Both the position numbers and the translations under genes were made by a program. A stretch of 43,596 nucleotides of DNA from Cytophagales bacterium (GTDB lineage: Bacteria; Bacteroidota; Bacteroidia; Cytophagales; Cyclobacteriaceae): positions 1 through 43,596 of the forward strand of contig JAGUUF010000120.1 of the NCBI GenBank assembly GCA_020063545.1, in the 5' to 3' direction. This document shows, piece by piece, positions 42,037 to 43,596 of the stretch. A model generated the notes under the pieces. That model was given only the letters and a program-made list of their open reading frames with translations, searched no databases and had not been told where the DNA came from. How positions within the stretch are numbered: position 1 is the stretch's first letter; each line of letters opens with the position of its first letter.

Positions 42037-43077
42037 TCAACGGGTACGAAAATGATCCCACCCCTGCGCAGTGAGAGGCACACTGTTTCCCTGCCTGGTG
42101 ATCAATAAAAATTCCCTTGGCTTGTCGTGCACATAACCAATCATATGAACATCGGGGTGGTTCTTAATCTTGTCGGCATCCTCCGGTGCAATGGTAAACA
42201 GCAACTCATAATCCTCACCGCCATTCAACGCACAGGTTACCGGGTCAATCTTAAACTCAAGGGCGGCCGTATTATACGTTTCGGCATCCAGCGGAATTTT
42301 ATCTTCAAAAATGCGCACTCCCACATTTGAATTTTTTCCGATATGAAAAAGCTCGGAAGCCAGCCCATCGGAAATATCAATCATAGCCGTTGGTTTTACC
42401 CCCATTTCTTCAAGTTCAAACACGATGTCGGTACGGGCAATCGGCCGCAATTGCCGGCCCACCATGTACTGGTATTTCTCCAGGCCGGGCTGCATCCCGG
42501 GGTTGGAAAGAAATACTTCCTTTTCCCGCTCCAGTACCTGAAGCCCGACATAGGCTGCACCTAAATCACCGGTAACGCAAATAATATCGTTGGGTTTTGC
42601 CCCGTTGCGATACACTATTTTTTCTTTCGCAACACGGCCCAGCACACTCACCGAAATTATCAACCCCGAGCGCGATGATGTTGTATCGCCCCCCACCAGG
42701 TCAACCTTGTATTGTTCGCAGGCTGCTTTAATCCCATCATACAAAGCATCAACCGCTTCAACCGAAAACCGGTTGCTCAGCGCCACGCTAACCAGGATTT
42801 GTTCGGCCTTGCCGTTCATGGCTGCAATGTCGGATACATTTACGCTTACAGCTTTGTGCCCCAGGTGCTGCAAGGGTGTAAAGGCCAGGTCAAAATGCAC
42901 GCCTTCGGCCAGCAAATCGGTTGACCATACCATGTAGTCATTACCACTATCAATAACCGCGGCATCATCGCCAATACCTTTTAGCGATGATGCATTTACC
43001 GGTTTGAATTGCCTGTTAATGCGTTCGATGAGCCCAAACTCTCCCAATTCCCCAATCTCTGTTCGTTTTTCTGTCAT
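42037..43077 (-). CDS. thiL: thiamine-monophosphate kinase
   Basis: 346 aa. GEFGLIERI...GIGDDAAV N-terminus and the AIR-synthase-related fold motifs (GGDTTSS, ISDGL) are typical of ThiL. Confidence 0.85.
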   Translation of the reverse strand: MTEKRTEIGELGEFGLIERINRQFKPVNASSLKGIGDDAAVIDSGNDYMVWSTDLLAEGVHFDLAFTPLQHLGHKAVSVNVSDIAAMNGKAEQILVSVALSNRFSVEAVDALYDGIKAACEQYKVDLVGGDTTSSRSGLIISVSVLGRVAKEKIVYRNGAKPNDIICVTGDLGAAYVGLQVLEREKEVFLSNPGMQPGLEKYQYMVGRQLRPIARTDIVFELEEMGVKPTAMIDISDGLASELFHIGKNSNVGVRIFEDKIPLDAETYNTAALEFKIDPVTCALNGGEDYELLFTIAPEDADKIKNHPDVHMIGYVHDKPREFLLITRQGNSVPLTAQGWDHFRTR

Positions 43078-43206
43078 GCGTTTACCGGTTGTAACCGCCT
43101 TTTTACCGGTTCCGGTGGCGGGTCGTCAGGCAAAAGTAAGATTATAACCCGATTTAACGGATTTGATTTTCACATGGCCTGTATCTATGCACAAACGTAA
43201 AGCAGT

Positions 43207-43371
43207 ATGCGATGGCTGATGTGGATTGTCGTGGCTTTAATCCTGTTCAGTTCCTGTTCAACGGTACCTAAACCGTACTATGAAACGCGCGAAGGAAAGA
43301 AAAAACTGAAGTACTACAACTCGATTCAGTTCGGGCAACGCAATACGATGGACCTGCCTAAGGGCCGGTAA
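43207..43371 (+). CDS. small putative lipoprotein (54 aa)
   Basis: Hand-translated: MRWLMWIVVALILFSSCSTVPKPYYETREGKKKLKYYNSIQFGQRNTMDLPKGR. Signal peptide plus lipobox Cys. Not in the ORF track (<60 aa). Its 3' end overlaps the convergent epimerase gene by 14 nt. Confidence 0.4.
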   Translation: MRWLMWIVVALILFSSCSTVPKPYYETREGKKKLKYYNSIQFGQRNTMDLPKGR

Positions 43372-43596
43372 TGTCCTGGCACAACTCGATTAAAACCCCC
43401 TGCGTTGACTTAGGGTGCAGAAAACAAATAAGCTTGTTGTCTGCACCCTTTTTTGGCTCGTTGCCAATTAACCGGAAACCAAGTTGCTCGTAATGCTGTA
43501 TGCTTTCGCGGATATCGGCTACTTCAAAAGCGAGGTGGTGAATCCCCTCCCCGCGCTTCTCAATAAAGGTGCTGATGGGTGAATCTGCCCGTGTGG
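43358..43596 (-). CDS. mce: methylmalonyl-CoA epimerase / VOC-family protein, C-terminal fragment (5' end outside the window)
   Basis: Hand-translated minus-strand frame ...SPISTFIEKRGEGIHHLAFEVADIRESIQHYEQLGFRLIGNEPKKGADNKLICFLHPKSTQGVLIELCQD..*. This matches the conserved C-terminus of methylmalonyl-CoA epimerases. Stop codon at 43358..43360. Confidence 0.75.
   Translation of the reverse strand, partial: TRADSPISTFIEKRGEGIHHLAFEVADIRESIQHYEQLGFRLIGNEPKKGADNKLICFLHPKSTQGVLIELCQDITGP

Noticed and set aside
1-43596. Search for CRISPR arrays, rRNA or other structured RNA genes, transposases, integrases, phage modules, toxin-antitoxin pairs or classical defence systems
   Set aside because: Non-coding gaps are all 190 bp or shorter, and none shows spaced direct repeats beyond those reported. 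No ORF resembles transposase, integrase or Cas proteins. The only nuclease-like or orphan ATPase genes are the DUF1016 and DUF4143 genes described above.

Overview
Gene-dense chromosomal window of about 46 CDS and one tRNA. It looks like a Bacteroidota genome: fused ccoN-ccoO, mono-heme CcoP, TTTG/TAnnTTTG promoter motif, DUF1080 and Y_Y_Y sensor proteins, lipoprotein signals, and pervasive TAATG/TGATG stop-start coupling with no Shine-Dalgarno sites. Contents, left to right: (1) the distal half of the complex I operon, nuoJ-K-L-[DUF1016/YhcG PD-(D/E)XK nuclease-like gene]-M-N, plus a coupled unknown ORF; (2) YitT and a beta-lactamase::D-aminoacylase fusion; (3) OsmC, YciH/SUI1 and a J-domain membrane protein; (4) two Usp genes, a FixL-like PAS histidine kinase and a REC-Crp/Fnr fusion regulator, converging on a complete cbb3 oxidase operon (ccoNO-Q-P-G-fixH-tauE-like); (5) tRNA-Ala(GGC), cutC, glycosylasparaginase, a methyltransferase and an NlpC/P60 peptidase; (6) GlcD-like oxidase, two tandem DUF1080 lipoproteins, a membrane protein, AsnB, a small ORF and an HMA-membrane fusion; (7) a TPR lipoprotein, AAA/DUF4143 ATPase, TerB-like protein, AcpH, a large BNR/sortilin-like protein, a Y_Y_Y sensor kinase, thiL and a partial methylmalonyl-CoA epimerase. 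I saw no CRISPR array, rRNA, transposase, integrase or phage genes. Best leads: (a) a compact FixL/FixJ/FixK-like oxygen-response module in which the receiver and the Crp/Fnr output are one polypeptide, with near-identical FNR/FixK-like boxes in its own promoter region and upstream of ccoNO; (b) a nuclease-like gene wedged without any spacer between nuoL and nuoM, carrying an in-frame 48-bp duplication of a palindrome; (c) a serine-hydrolase::D-aminoacylase fusion. All family assignments rest on by-eye motif recognition. No database or HMM search was possible.
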